Below are positions 33,721 through 43,699 of a stretch of 64,000 nucleotides of DNA, piece by piece; the first letter of the stretch is position 1, and every line of letters begins with the position of its first letter. The translations under genes and the position numbers were made by a program. The DNA is taken from the NCBI GenBank assembly GCA_963826785.1, contig CAWGYD010000008.1, positions 96,001 through 160,000 of the forward strand, given 5' to 3'. The stretch is from an uncultured delta proteobacterium. Its GTDB lineage: Bacteria > Desulfobacterota > Desulfobacteria > Desulfobacterales > Desulfosalsimonadaceae. The notes below the pieces were generated by a model. That model had not been told where the DNA came from and ran no database searches. It saw only the letters and a list, made by a program, of their open reading frames with translations.

Positions 33721-36696
33721 ATGACTGACCAAAACAATCCCGGCCTTGCCCCCAAAAGCCGCATCTCCGACTACCAGGTTCACAAACGGATCGAACTTTC
33801 CGAAATCAACGCCATTTATTACGAACTCGAGCATCTGCCCACCGGTGCCCGGCACATCCACATCAGCAACGCAGATTCGGAAAACAGTTTCGGGGTGATC
33901 TTCAAGACCGTGCCCACCGATTCCACCGGAGTCGCCCATATCCTCGAGCACACGGTACTCTGCGGATCGAAACGCTATCCGGTGCGGGATCCGTTTTTTT
34001 CCATGATGAAGCGCAGCCTGAGCACCTTCATGAATGCGCTGACCGCTTCGGACTGGACCATGTACCCCTTTTCCACCCAGAATCGGAAGGACTTCTACAA
34101 CCTGATGTCGGTCTACCTGGATGCGGCCTTCTATCCCCGGCTGGACCGGCTCAGCTTCAAGCAGGAAGGGCACCGCCTGGAATTTGAATCCGGGGAAGAC
34201 GACAAAACCGCCCAACTGGTCTACAAGGGGGTGGTATACAATGAAATGAAAGGGGCCATGTCCTCTCCGGATCAGCTGATGGCCCGCTCCCTCTTGAACG
34301 CGCTTTATCCGGACACCACCTACAGCAACAATTCCGGCGGCGACCCGGCACAGATCCCTCTGCTGACCCACCAGCAGCTCATCGACTTTCACCGGCACCA
34401 CTACCATCCCAGCAACGCCTATTTTTATACCTACGGGAACCTGCCCCTGGCCGATCACCTGGCCTTCATCGAGGACAAGGTGTTAAATCATTTCACCCGG
34501 ATCGACCCGAACACCGATGTTCCCTCCCAGCCCCGCTGGGACCGGCCCCGGCAGGCCGAGTACGTCTACCCGGTCGATGCCGGCGAGGACCTGTCCAAAA
34601 AATGCCAGGTGAGCGTGGCCTGGCTGACCGCGGATATCCGGCAACCCTTGGAAATGCTGGCGCTCACCATTCTGGAGCAGGTGCTCATCGGAAATTCCGG
34701 CTCGCCGCTCCGGAAGGCGCTGATCGATTCGGAACTCGGCAGCACCCTTGCCGACGGCACCGGATTCGACAGTGAAAACAAAGACACCATGTTCGCCTGC
34801 GGCCTCAAGGATGTGGCAGAGGAATCCGCCGACCAGGTCGAGGCCATCATGTTTGACACCTTATCGGACCTGCACCGCAATGGAATCGATAAGGCCCTGG
34901 TGGATTCGGCCATTCACCAGATCGAGTTTCATCAAAAGGAGATCACCAATTCCCCTTATCCCTATGGACTCAAACTGCTGCTCCGGTTTTGCGGGGACTG
35001 GCTCCACCACGGGGACCCGGCCCTGATACTCAAATTCGACCAGCTGATGGACCAGCTGCGCCGGGAAATGGCCGCAGGCCCCTTTCTGGAGGAAAAGATC
35101 AAGACCTGGTTTCTGGACAATCCCCACCGGGTCCGCCTGCTCCTGCGGCCCGATATCCAGAAGGCGGCGCAGGACCAGCGCATGGAAGCAGAACAGCTCG
35201 CAACCGTTCGCAAGAAACTTACCGAATCAGATATCCAGGCCATCACCGAGGACACCCAAAGGCTTTTAGCGCTGCAGGATGAGGAAGAAGACCTGTCGAG
35301 CCTGCCCACCCTGGAAAAAGACGATATCCCGCCCGAGGTGGAGCGGGTTGCGGTGTCTGCCGGATATGACGAAGCCATCGCCGATTTTTATGAACAGCCC
35401 ACTTCCGGCATCTTCTATTTTACCGCCGCCCTGGGTTTAAACGGATTATCCGATGTGCATATTCCCATGCTGCCGCTGTTCTGCCATGCCATATCCCGAT
35501 GCGGAACCGCCCGGCACAGCGACTCGGAAATGGCACAGATCAAGGATCTGGTCACCGGCGGCATCGGATGGCGCATCAATGCCGCCACCAGTTTTAAAAG
35601 GCCTGACAACGATGTCTGCCTGCCCCTGGTAACGATCAATGCCAAATGCCTGTCCAAAAATGTGGAAAAAATGTTTGACCTGATGGGCGAAATCATGGGG
35701 GAGATGGATTTTAGGGACTTGAACCTGCTCAAGCACCTGGTTTTGGAATACCGCTCCGATCTGGATTCCGCCATCGTCTCCGGCGGCCACCGGTATGCCG
35801 TTTCCCTGGCTTCACGCAATTTTACCCCGGCCGCCCGGCTAAACGAGCGGTGGCATGGCATCCACCAGCTCCGTCACCTGAAAGACATCAGCGGCGAGTT
35901 GGATGATGAAAAACTCAAGGCCATCTCCGACGATCTCATCCATATCGCCTCGGTGATTTTCAACCGCAAAAACATGAAAGCGGGACTTATCGGAGAAGCC
36001 TCCGACCTGAAGCAGGCCGAAACCTGTTTCCGCCGGCTGCGGGATCAACTGGATGGCACGGCCGCCTCGGGGTTGGCGGCACCGGCGGATAATTTTCAAG
36101 CGGAGCGGGTTCGTGAAGGCTGGAGCACCGCTACGGCCGTTTCCTTTGTGGCCAGTGTCATGGAAACCAGGCGGCTGCAGCATGAGGACGCACCGGCCCT
36201 GGCGGTGATCAGCAAAATTCTGCGATCCATGTTCCTGCACCGGGAAATCCGGGAGAAAGGCGGGGCCTACGGCGGATTTGCCGGATACCAGACGGAAAGC
36301 GGCCTGTTTTACTTCGCCTCCTACCGCGATCCCCATATCGTCAATACCTTGAAGGTTTTTCAGGAAGCGGCCCGGTTCATCACCACGGAAGCGTTGACTG
36401 AAGAAAATATCAAGGAGGCCATCCTGCAGGTCTGCGCGGATATCGATCGCCCGGACACCCCGGCCGCCATGGCCATCAAGGCATTTTACCGTAAACTGGT
36501 GTCGCTTGACGATGAGATGCGCCAGACGTTTAAAAAACGGCTTCTTCAGCTGGATGGAAAACGGGTGCGGGAAGTGGCGCTGACCTGGTTCGACAAACCC
36601 GAACTCCCCACTGCAGTAGCGGTGATCTCCAATGAACAGGCCTTAAAGGATGCCAACAGTCGGCTTGAGCCCAAGCTTCGGTTGAACCGGATTTAA
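33721..36696 (+). CDS. M16C insulinase-family metallopeptidase (presequence protease-like)
   Basis: HILEH (HxxEH), YPVRDPFF, GVVYNEMKG and IREKGGAYG motifs. Start chosen at a downstream ATG. Confidence 0.92.
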   Translation: MTDQNNPGLAPKSRISDYQVHKRIELSEINAIYYELEHLPTGARHIHISNADSENSFGVIFKTVPTDSTGVAHILEHTVLCGSKRYPVRDPFFSMMKRSLSTFMNALTASDWTMYPFSTQNRKDFYNLMSVYLDAAFYPRLDRLSFKQEGHRLEFESGEDDKTAQLVYKGVVYNEMKGAMSSPDQLMARSLLNALYPDTTYSNNSGGDPAQIPLLTHQQLIDFHRHHYHPSNAYFYTYGNLPLADHLAFIEDKVLNHFTRIDPNTDVPSQPRWDRPRQAEYVYPVDAGEDLSKKCQVSVAWLTADIRQPLEMLALTILEQVLIGNSGSPLRKALIDSELGSTLADGTGFDSENKDTMFACGLKDVAEESADQVEAIMFDTLSDLHRNGIDKALVDSAIHQIEFHQKEITNSPYPYGLKLLLRFCGDWLHHGDPALILKFDQLMDQLRREMAAGPFLEEKIKTWFLDNPHRVRLLLRPDIQKAAQDQRMEAEQLATVRKKLTESDIQAITEDTQRLLALQDEEEDLSSLPTLEKDDIPPEVERVAVSAGYDEAIADFYEQPTSGIFYFTAALGLNGLSDVHIPMLPLFCHAISRCGTARHSDSEMAQIKDLVTGGIGWRINAATSFKRPDNDVCLPLVTINAKCLSKNVEKMFDLMGEIMGEMDFRDLNLLKHLVLEYRSDLDSAIVSGGHRYAVSLASRNFTPAARLNERWHGIHQLRHLKDISGELDDEKLKAISDDLIHIASVIFNRKNMKAGLIGEASDLKQAETCFRRLRDQLDGTAASGLAAPADNFQAERVREGWSTATAVSFVASVMETRRLQHEDAPALAVISKILRSMFLHREIREKGGAYGGFAGYQTESGLFYFASYRDPHIVNTLKVFQEAARFITTEALTEENIKEAILQVCADIDRPDTPAAMAIKAFYRKLVSLDDEMRQTFKKRLLQLDGKRVREVALTWFDKPELPTAVAVISNEQALKDANSRLEPKLRLNRI

Positions 36697-36700
36697 AACT

Positions 36701-37567
36701 TTAAGCCAGAATCTTTCTTAATTTCTCCGCCTCGTTCCGGGAAAGGGCCCCTTTGGCCAGGGCGATATCGATGGTGGCGGCCCCCAGTACTTTGTACAGG
36801 GCCGCTTCCGCCGGCAGTTCAGACATGGCCCGCAGATGGTCCTCCACGGTGGCCGCATCCCCCCGGGCAATTGGCCCGGTGAGGGCATCGGGGATTCCCA
36901 CGGAGTCGATATTATTCAAGGTCCCCCGGATCAGGGGCTGCAGGATGGAAAACAGCTGATCCTTGGAAACACCGGCTGCGGACAGCAGTTTGAAAGAAAA
37001 ATCCAGCAGCGTCACCAGGTAGTTGGAGGCCACCACCGCCGAGGCATGATACAGGGTTTTTCCTTCTGTGCGGATCATAAAGGGGGTCGCGCCCAGATCG
37101 GCGGCGATCGCTTCAGCCGCCCTCACCGCCTGATCATCCCCTTCGAGCGCCATCATGATCCCATGAAAGGGATTGATGTTCAGATTGGCAGCGATGCTTT
37201 GCAGCGGATGGAGTGATCCGATAAAAGCGCCGCCCGATTTTGCCGGAGAAAGGATGGTGGAAGGAAGCGAGCCGCTGCAGTGAAAAACGCTGCTGCCGCC
37301 CTTAAATCCCCGGGCGTCTGCAATCTGACGGCAGACATCGGCGATGGCCTGATCGGGCGTGGTGATAAATACCAGATCCGCATTGCGCGCCGCTCGGGTG
37401 ATGTCAGCCACCGTCTTTTTCGCACCACCGGCCGCTTCCGCGGTCTTTTGAGCCGACGACAGGTGCCTGCTGGCAAACCCGGCAGGGAGGTAACCGGCGT
37501 TGAACAGTTCCCGCGCCAGCGCGGTACCCACCTTCCCGCACCCGATAATGGCAAATGTTGGCTTCAT
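36701..37567 (-). CDS. Rossmann-like + DUF2520 oxidoreductase (PanG-like)
   Basis: GCGKVG, HCSG, HPLQS, YHASAVVASN and LTGPIARGD motifs. Confidence 0.85.
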   Translation of the reverse strand: MKPTFAIIGCGKVGTALARELFNAGYLPAGFASRHLSSAQKTAEAAGGAKKTVADITRAARNADLVFITTPDQAIADVCRQIADARGFKGGSSVFHCSGSLPSTILSPAKSGGAFIGSLHPLQSIAANLNINPFHGIMMALEGDDQAVRAAEAIAADLGATPFMIRTEGKTLYHASAVVASNYLVTLLDFSFKLLSAAGVSKDQLFSILQPLIRGTLNNIDSVGIPDALTGPIARGDAATVEDHLRAMSELPAEAALYKVLGAATIDIALAKGALSRNEAEKLRKILA

Positions 37568-37765
37568 CCGGCAGTCCCTCCGCTTCTATGATTCATTCGG
37601 CCCATGATGTTCATTAAAAAAAACTTCTTAACATTCCGGCAAGACGATCTTTTACATCTAATAGCAAATATATCAAATTCCTTCAATCGCGATACCGCAC
37701 AAAAAACGAGCAATCGTTCGATATTTGAATTGACAGGGAAGAAAATGATATGCCATATTCATGGC

Positions 37766-38743
37766 ATGGAGCGTCATATTCTCATCATTGCCGAGCATGC
37801 CGGCAGCGCCTTGTCTCCGCTTACCGCTGAACTGATCACCTGCGCGCGCCGTCTATCGGGCTTTTTGTCACCAGCCAGGGAAATCAAGCTGATCCTGTCA
37901 ACTGATGACCACCAGGAGGCAGCGGCGGCCGCCCGCGATTTCAGTGTGGATGTCATTGACCTTCAAAGCGGTGGGCACACCCAAAGACCGCAGATGGTCT
38001 ACAAGCACCTTCCCCGAGACCTTTTGCTGGAATTCGATCCCGAAATCATCCTGCTGGCCCATACCGCCTCCGGCCTGGAAGCCGCGCCCGCAATTGCCGC
38101 CCGGCTGAACGCCGCCTGCATGACCGGTGTCGAAAACATCACCGTCCATGAGAACCGCCTTCATTTCGACCGGTTGATCGCGGGCGGTAAAATCATGACC
38201 CGGCTGACCTCAAATGCCCCGGTCACCGTGTGTACCATTCAGCCCGGCCTTTATGAAGCCGACGGGATGACAGGCCCGGCTTCACCCGGACGCATCATTG
38301 AAAAAATCCTCCCTGAAACGGAACCTTTCTATGTCTCCAAAGGGATGAATCGAGGCTGCGCCGATGTGTCAAACCTCAAGGGAGCCGACGTGATTGTCGC
38401 TGCCGGGAACGGAGTACGGGAAAAAGAACAGCTCGGATTGATCCGTAAGCTTTCGGAATTGTTCCCCAAGTCGGCACTGGCCGGGTCCCGCCCGATATGC
38501 GACCGGAAATGGCTGGAATACCACCAGCAGGTGGGGATCACCGGCGCCGTGGTCAAGCCGAAGCTCTACCTGGCCTGCGGCATATCCGGCGCCAGCCAGC
38601 ATATCGCCGGCATGAAGCAGTCCCAGTTTATCGTATCGATCAATACGGATCCCCGGGCAGCCATCTGCAATTTCTCCGATATCTGCGTGGTTGAGGATCT
38701 GGCCACGTTTATCCCCGCTTTCATAGATATCATCCAATCATAA
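37766..38743 (+). CDS. etfA: Electron transfer flavoprotein alpha subunit
   Basis: ADVIVAAGNG, GSRP, QVGITG, LYLACGISGASQHIAGM and INTDPRAAI motifs. Confidence 0.9.
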   Translation: MERHILIIAEHAGSALSPLTAELITCARRLSGFLSPAREIKLILSTDDHQEAAAAARDFSVDVIDLQSGGHTQRPQMVYKHLPRDLLLEFDPEIILLAHTASGLEAAPAIAARLNAACMTGVENITVHENRLHFDRLIAGGKIMTRLTSNAPVTVCTIQPGLYEADGMTGPASPGRIIEKILPETEPFYVSKGMNRGCADVSNLKGADVIVAAGNGVREKEQLGLIRKLSELFPKSALAGSRPICDRKWLEYHQQVGITGAVVKPKLYLACGISGASQHIAGMKQSQFIVSINTDPRAAICNFSDICVVEDLATFIPAFIDIIQS

Positions 38744-38848
38744 ATACAGCCGGCCCCATGATCGGTATTGTCCCCCCCTTTAAAATGTGATATCCAGTTC
38801 TTTCCGTGATATACCGATATTCGCCTCAATGGATCAGAGGATTCCCCC

Positions 38849-40859
38849 ATGACTCAAGACGCATCCGCACATGATCTGAAAAAGCGCTTCGCCGCACTGG
38901 AAGCCGAACTCGCCGCATGCCGGGACCGGGTTGCGGAACTGGAAACCAGCGAGCGCCAGTACCGCATGCTCATCGAAAACATCCCCGAAATGATCTGGAT
39001 CATGACGGCGGACAAGTTCAAGCTGACTTATCTGAATCCGTACGCCGAAAAAATGCTCGGCTATACGGTGGACGAGATTCTCAACAAATCGTTCCAGGAG
39101 ATCCTGACGCCGGCATCATTTAATTTCGCCGCTCGCTATTTCGTACAGGAACGGCAGAAATACATCGATGACATTCACCGGAAACCCCGGCCGCATATTT
39201 TCGAAATCGAATATATCCGCAAGGACGGATCCACCTTCTGGGTTGAAGTCAACGGGTGCCCCATTTTTGATGAACATCACCGGCTGATACGAATCATCGG
39301 GGTTTCACGGGATATTTCAGATCGGGTGGAAGCGCGGAAGGCGTTGAAAAAAAGCGAGGAAAAGTACCGGACCCTCTTTGAAGATTCAAGAGACACCATT
39401 TATATCACCACCCGGGACGGTCTTTTTGTCGACATCAATCCGGCGGGCCTCGATCTCTTCGGCTACACCCGGAAGGAGATCATCGGCACGGATGTCCGAA
39501 ACATCTACCTGGACGCCGCAGAGCGGAATACCTTCACGGCGGCCATCGAAGAAGCCGGTTTCGTGCGCGATTATGAAATCCAGTTCAAGAAAAAGGACGG
39601 GGTCCCCATCGATTGTCTGCTCACGTCCACACTCTGGCTCGGAGATGACGGCGCCATCCTGGGATATCAAGGGGTGATGCGGGATATCACCTCCCAGAAG
39701 CGGATCATCCGTCAGCTTCAGCAGATCCAGAAAATGGAGGCCATCGGCACCCTTGCCGGCGGCATTGCTCACAACTTCAACAATATCTTGATGACCATCC
39801 AGGGAAATACCTCCCTGATGTTGATGAAAACCGATCCCGATCACCCCCATTACCCGAAACTCAAAATTATCGAGCAGCATATCCAGTTCGGTGCGGATTT
39901 GAGCCGGCAGCTGCTCGGTTTCGCCCGGGGAGAGCAGTCGGAATCCAAGAAGATCCGGCTGAACCTGCTGATCCAGATCAGCGCCAAGATGTTTGCCAGC
40001 ACCAAAAAAGGAAATATCGGTCCACACCCGCTTCGAAAAAGAACTCTGGCCGGTAATTGCCGATCCGGGCCAGATGGAACAGGTATTTCTCAACCTGCTG
40101 GTCAATGCCTGGCAGGCCATGCCGGACGGGGGCGAGGTCCATATCGAGACAGAAAACCTGACCTTAAACCCGCACCAGATTTCCATGTACCGGCTGCCGC
40201 CGGGGCGCTATGTCAAAATCGCGTTCACCGATACCGGAATCGGGATGGATGAACGGACCCGGGAAAAAATTTTCGAACCCTTTTTCACCACCAAGGAACA
40301 GGGCCACGGCACCGGTCTCGGGCTGACCACCGTATACGGGATCATTCAGAGCCATGGGGGCTATATCGCCGTCTACAGCGAACCGGCCAAGGGAAGCACA
40401 TTCTCTATTTACCTGCCGGCTGCCGAAGATTTGGTGAAAGTGGAAAAGCCCGCACCTCCCATTCTCATCAAAGGAAATGAATCCGTTTTGATAATCGATG
40501 ATGAAACCATGATCATCGATACCGCACAGACCATGCTGGCCGAGTTGGGATACACCGTTTACACCGCGGACAGCGGGAAAAAAGGCATAGAGGCCTTTCT
40601 CAATCTTGCGGAGCAGGTCGACCTGGTGATCTTAGATATGATCATGCCCCACATGAGCGGCAATGAGACCTTTGAACGCTTGAAAACCATCGACCCGGAA
40701 GTGAAGGTGCTGCTGTCCAGCGGATATGGTTTGAACGGGCAGGCATCGGTCCTGATGGAAAAAGGATGCCGGGGGTTTATTCAAAAGCCCTTTACGATCC
40801 GGGAACTCTCCAGAAAAGTAAGAGAGGTGCTGGAGAGCGCCCCGGTGGAAATGTCATAA
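38849..40859 (+). pseudogene. PAS-PAS hybrid sensor histidine kinase/receiver, frameshifted at A6 run 40004-40009
   Basis: The HisKA (AHNFNN) is in one frame. The HATPase (NAWQA, DTGIG, GTGLGL) and REC are in the +1 frame. Removing one A gives FASTKKEISV. Confidence 0.8.
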
Positions 40860-40863
40860 AGGT

Positions 40864-42087
40864 TCAATCCCTGCTTTTTCGGTAGGCATTGTAGGCAGCG
40901 TCGGCCTGGCGCAGGATGAACTCGGGACTGCGCAGACTGTCCATCTCGTGCTGGCAGCCGCACCCCAGGCATTCCTTGCGGGCGCGGACCGGAAAATGCT
41001 TGCAGGGCAAAAGCCGGGCCTCGTCGTCCCGCCGCCGGCCGAACACCTCTTCGTTGGGCAGCAGGGAGGCATTCGATCCGCCGAAATAATACCAGTTGGT
41101 CAGGGTGCACCCGCCCCCGTTTTCGGGCGTGGGGCAGGAACAGATGGTATAAGGCGTGTCAAACAGCTTCATGGACGAAAACAGGGTCCCCCGGGCCAGA
41201 TAGAAGATGGTGGCCAGTTCGAACACCAGTTCCTTGTGGATCAGGTGGGCCTTGCGGTTGCGGTGCAGGGACCGGACCCAGGCGGGTGTGTATTTTTCGT
41301 GCACCGGCAGGATCTCCCAGTGGGGATAGGTCCGTTCAAAAAGGGTTTCCAGCTGGTAGCCGGCATCATCCGACGCTTTCAGCCGCAGCAGATCCTCGCA
41401 GAGATCCGTAAACACGGCATCCGTATCCGGCAGGGTCCCGAACTTTTCCTTGAGTTCTTTGTAGCGGCCGACAAACCGGTCCAGCAGCTGCCTGCCCGTT
41501 TCTTCCGATACCCGGTTGTAAATTTTTCCATCCTGGCGCAGGTCGTCCACGATGCCTGCGCTTCGGCACGCACAGTGCCCCAGGTAGACCGGATCCGCGC
41601 TCAGGATGTCTGACCAGACCGTCTGCAGCGGCACCACCCGGCCGTTTAAGACATAATTGAGCCCGATGTCCCGGATGCGGGGAACCACGTCCCCGGGCAG
41701 ATGGCTGATCCACCAGGGAAGCAGCACCACCAGCTCATGGATCACCGGCACCGAGGTTTCCCGACGCCACAGGAGGTATTCCCCCATTTTATTTGCCATT
41801 CGCCGGGCCACGGAGCGCTTCAGTTCCGGCTGTTCATCGGTCAGTATCGCTTTTAAGATGGATTCGGAAAGCCGCTTTTTCTCGACATCTACCAGCTTTT
41901 GGTGAAGAAGCTCCGGATTGCCCCGGCTGATATCGCGGACTCGCCGGGCCAGGGCGGCCAGTTCCCGCAGGGCGATGGGCCAGCGCCGGTCCAGTTCCTT
42001 CTGCTCGTCACTGCAAAACACATCTTCTGCGCTATCGCCGTTACCGCTGTCATCGACCCGCTTGTTCATCGCCATTTTTCCATGCAT
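40864..42087 (-). CDS. Hypothetical Cys-motif protein
   Basis: 407-aa ORF with host-like codon usage and HCACR, ICSCP..C and CLGCGC motifs. Confidence 0.6.
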   Translation of the reverse strand: MHGKMAMNKRVDDSGNGDSAEDVFCSDEQKELDRRWPIALRELAALARRVRDISRGNPELLHQKLVDVEKKRLSESILKAILTDEQPELKRSVARRMANKMGEYLLWRRETSVPVIHELVVLLPWWISHLPGDVVPRIRDIGLNYVLNGRVVPLQTVWSDILSADPVYLGHCACRSAGIVDDLRQDGKIYNRVSEETGRQLLDRFVGRYKELKEKFGTLPDTDAVFTDLCEDLLRLKASDDAGYQLETLFERTYPHWEILPVHEKYTPAWVRSLHRNRKAHLIHKELVFELATIFYLARGTLFSSMKLFDTPYTICSCPTPENGGGCTLTNWYYFGGSNASLLPNEEVFGRRRDDEARLLPCKHFPVRARKECLGCGCQHEMDSLRSPEFILRQADAAYNAYRKSRD

Positions 42088-42179
42088 TTGGTGGGTTTCT
42101 TCAGAGCCTGCTTATAACCGGAAGCGTACACTTTATCAAGCAGGAATGGTTGGCGGGGAAGAACCATGAAAAATCAAGA

Positions 42180-42579
42180 ATACCTCAAATTCTGTAGCTA
42201 TCGCAGCTGATTGAGCACGCTTTGTTGATGCATCACAGATCAGGTAATTTCCCTGATCGGATTTATGTGACCCTGCTTACCCCCAAATATTTTAAAGACA
42301 AACAGGGGCTGTTTGCTGAACGGAATTACTGGGGGAAATTTGAAAAGTATTTCTGATTTGGCAGAACTCAAAGCTGATTTAGAACTCTATCCCCTTCCCT
42401 TTCTTAACCACAGCATAGAAACCCTCTTGGGACGAGTAAATTCGCTAATTTTGCGATGGGTAACTTTTGAAGAACTGCTCAGTCTGCCTAACCGGGTAAG
42501 CCACAACGTCCCTGGAAAATACATTCGAAATTGGTACCAGATCTTTAATGAAATAGGTATGGGATTTTATTATGAATGA
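42180..42579 (+). pseudogene. Degraded gene remnant at the left island edge
   Basis: Protein-like frame 42198-42356 (SQLIEHALL..IYVTLLTPKYF..) is preceded by TAG and continues after a frameshift (SDLAELK..LRWVTFEELL). No intact 5' part. Confidence 0.4.
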
Positions 42580-42682
42580 ATATTAAGTTAATGATTTTAT
42601 AAATTTTAGCTAAATTGCTTTACTTCAAATAAACGCTGATTTTTTTGTCGGTAATTTATCTTCTGATCAAAATGGATAGAAA

Positions 42683-43597
42683 TCAAAAATTGCTGAAAGA
42701 GGATTTATTCACGATTTCCCAAGCCGGCTGTTCAATTCTAACGCTAATTTTTTTTAAATCAAAAACAGGGACGGCAAAAATCTTTGCAAATTTTGGATGA
42801 TAATAAACATAGGATGCAAGATAGCTATGCATTCGTGAATCCAAATCATCCTTCATGTTATGGTTGCTTAACATTAATTTGAATGCTCCTTTGTGCTTAT
42901 CTGGAATATTCACATCTACAAACCAATAGTATAACTCACGATCCAACAATTCTCGTTGCCCCATTGCTATTACTATATATTTCTTACCCTTTTTCACTAT
43001 AAAAGAGAAATTACCATCAGCATCAGACTTGGCGGTTTGTTCTGATAGGGAAAGGATGCCCGAAATAATGGAGGACATTATTGAATCATGGTACTTTTCA
43101 AGTGAATCGATTTTAGCCAAGCAAGCCTCATATCTTGGTTTCAGCTCAATTCCTTTTTCGACAAGTATAGATTCAACAATTTGAAAATCTTCAAGTGCAC
43201 ATTTAAACTCTGCATCACCATGCGATGTTTTATAAATTTTCTTTAAGTTTTCATCAATAGTGGCATACTTTTCTAAAACTTGTTTCTTGTCTTTTAAAAC
43301 ATGTTCTGCAGCCAAGTAATCCGGCCAAAACTCATAATACGATTTATTCAGGTCATCAAATTCCTTTAATGTTTTTTCGCATTCCTTTTGATAAGTAATC
43401 GAATCTTTACATAGCTTCGTATCAAAATATGAATTTAATTTTTCTACCGATATAAGATGAACAGGTACAAGACCGAGTTTTATGTTTTGCCCCCCACCGG
43501 TCACGATAAACACGTTGCCTTTCAAAGTAATTTCATTATTACCGCATCCAATTAGAAAGACAACCACTGCCCAAATAGTTATAAAACGAAAAAACAT
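42683..43597 (-). CDS. Hypothetical lipoprotein (beta-sandwich split by helical insert)
   Basis: Lipobox FLIGC; LKGNVFIVT..; AKSDADGNFSF; central helical region. Confidence 0.7.
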   Translation of the reverse strand: MFFRFITIWAVVVFLIGCGNNEITLKGNVFIVTGGGQNIKLGLVPVHLISVEKLNSYFDTKLCKDSITYQKECEKTLKEFDDLNKSYYEFWPDYLAAEHVLKDKKQVLEKYATIDENLKKIYKTSHGDAEFKCALEDFQIVESILVEKGIELKPRYEACLAKIDSLEKYHDSIMSSIISGILSLSEQTAKSDADGNFSFIVKKGKKYIVIAMGQRELLDRELYYWFVDVNIPDKHKGAFKLMLSNHNMKDDLDSRMHSYLASYVYYHPKFAKIFAVPVFDLKKISVRIEQPAWEIVNKSSFSNF

Positions 43598-43699
43598 ATT
43601 GCATTCCTCACAATCCGGTTGTTATTTTCGATTCATAATAAAAAATCTAATGATTATTCGCAATAGGATATTATTTATAACAATGCCCGGCGATATCAA

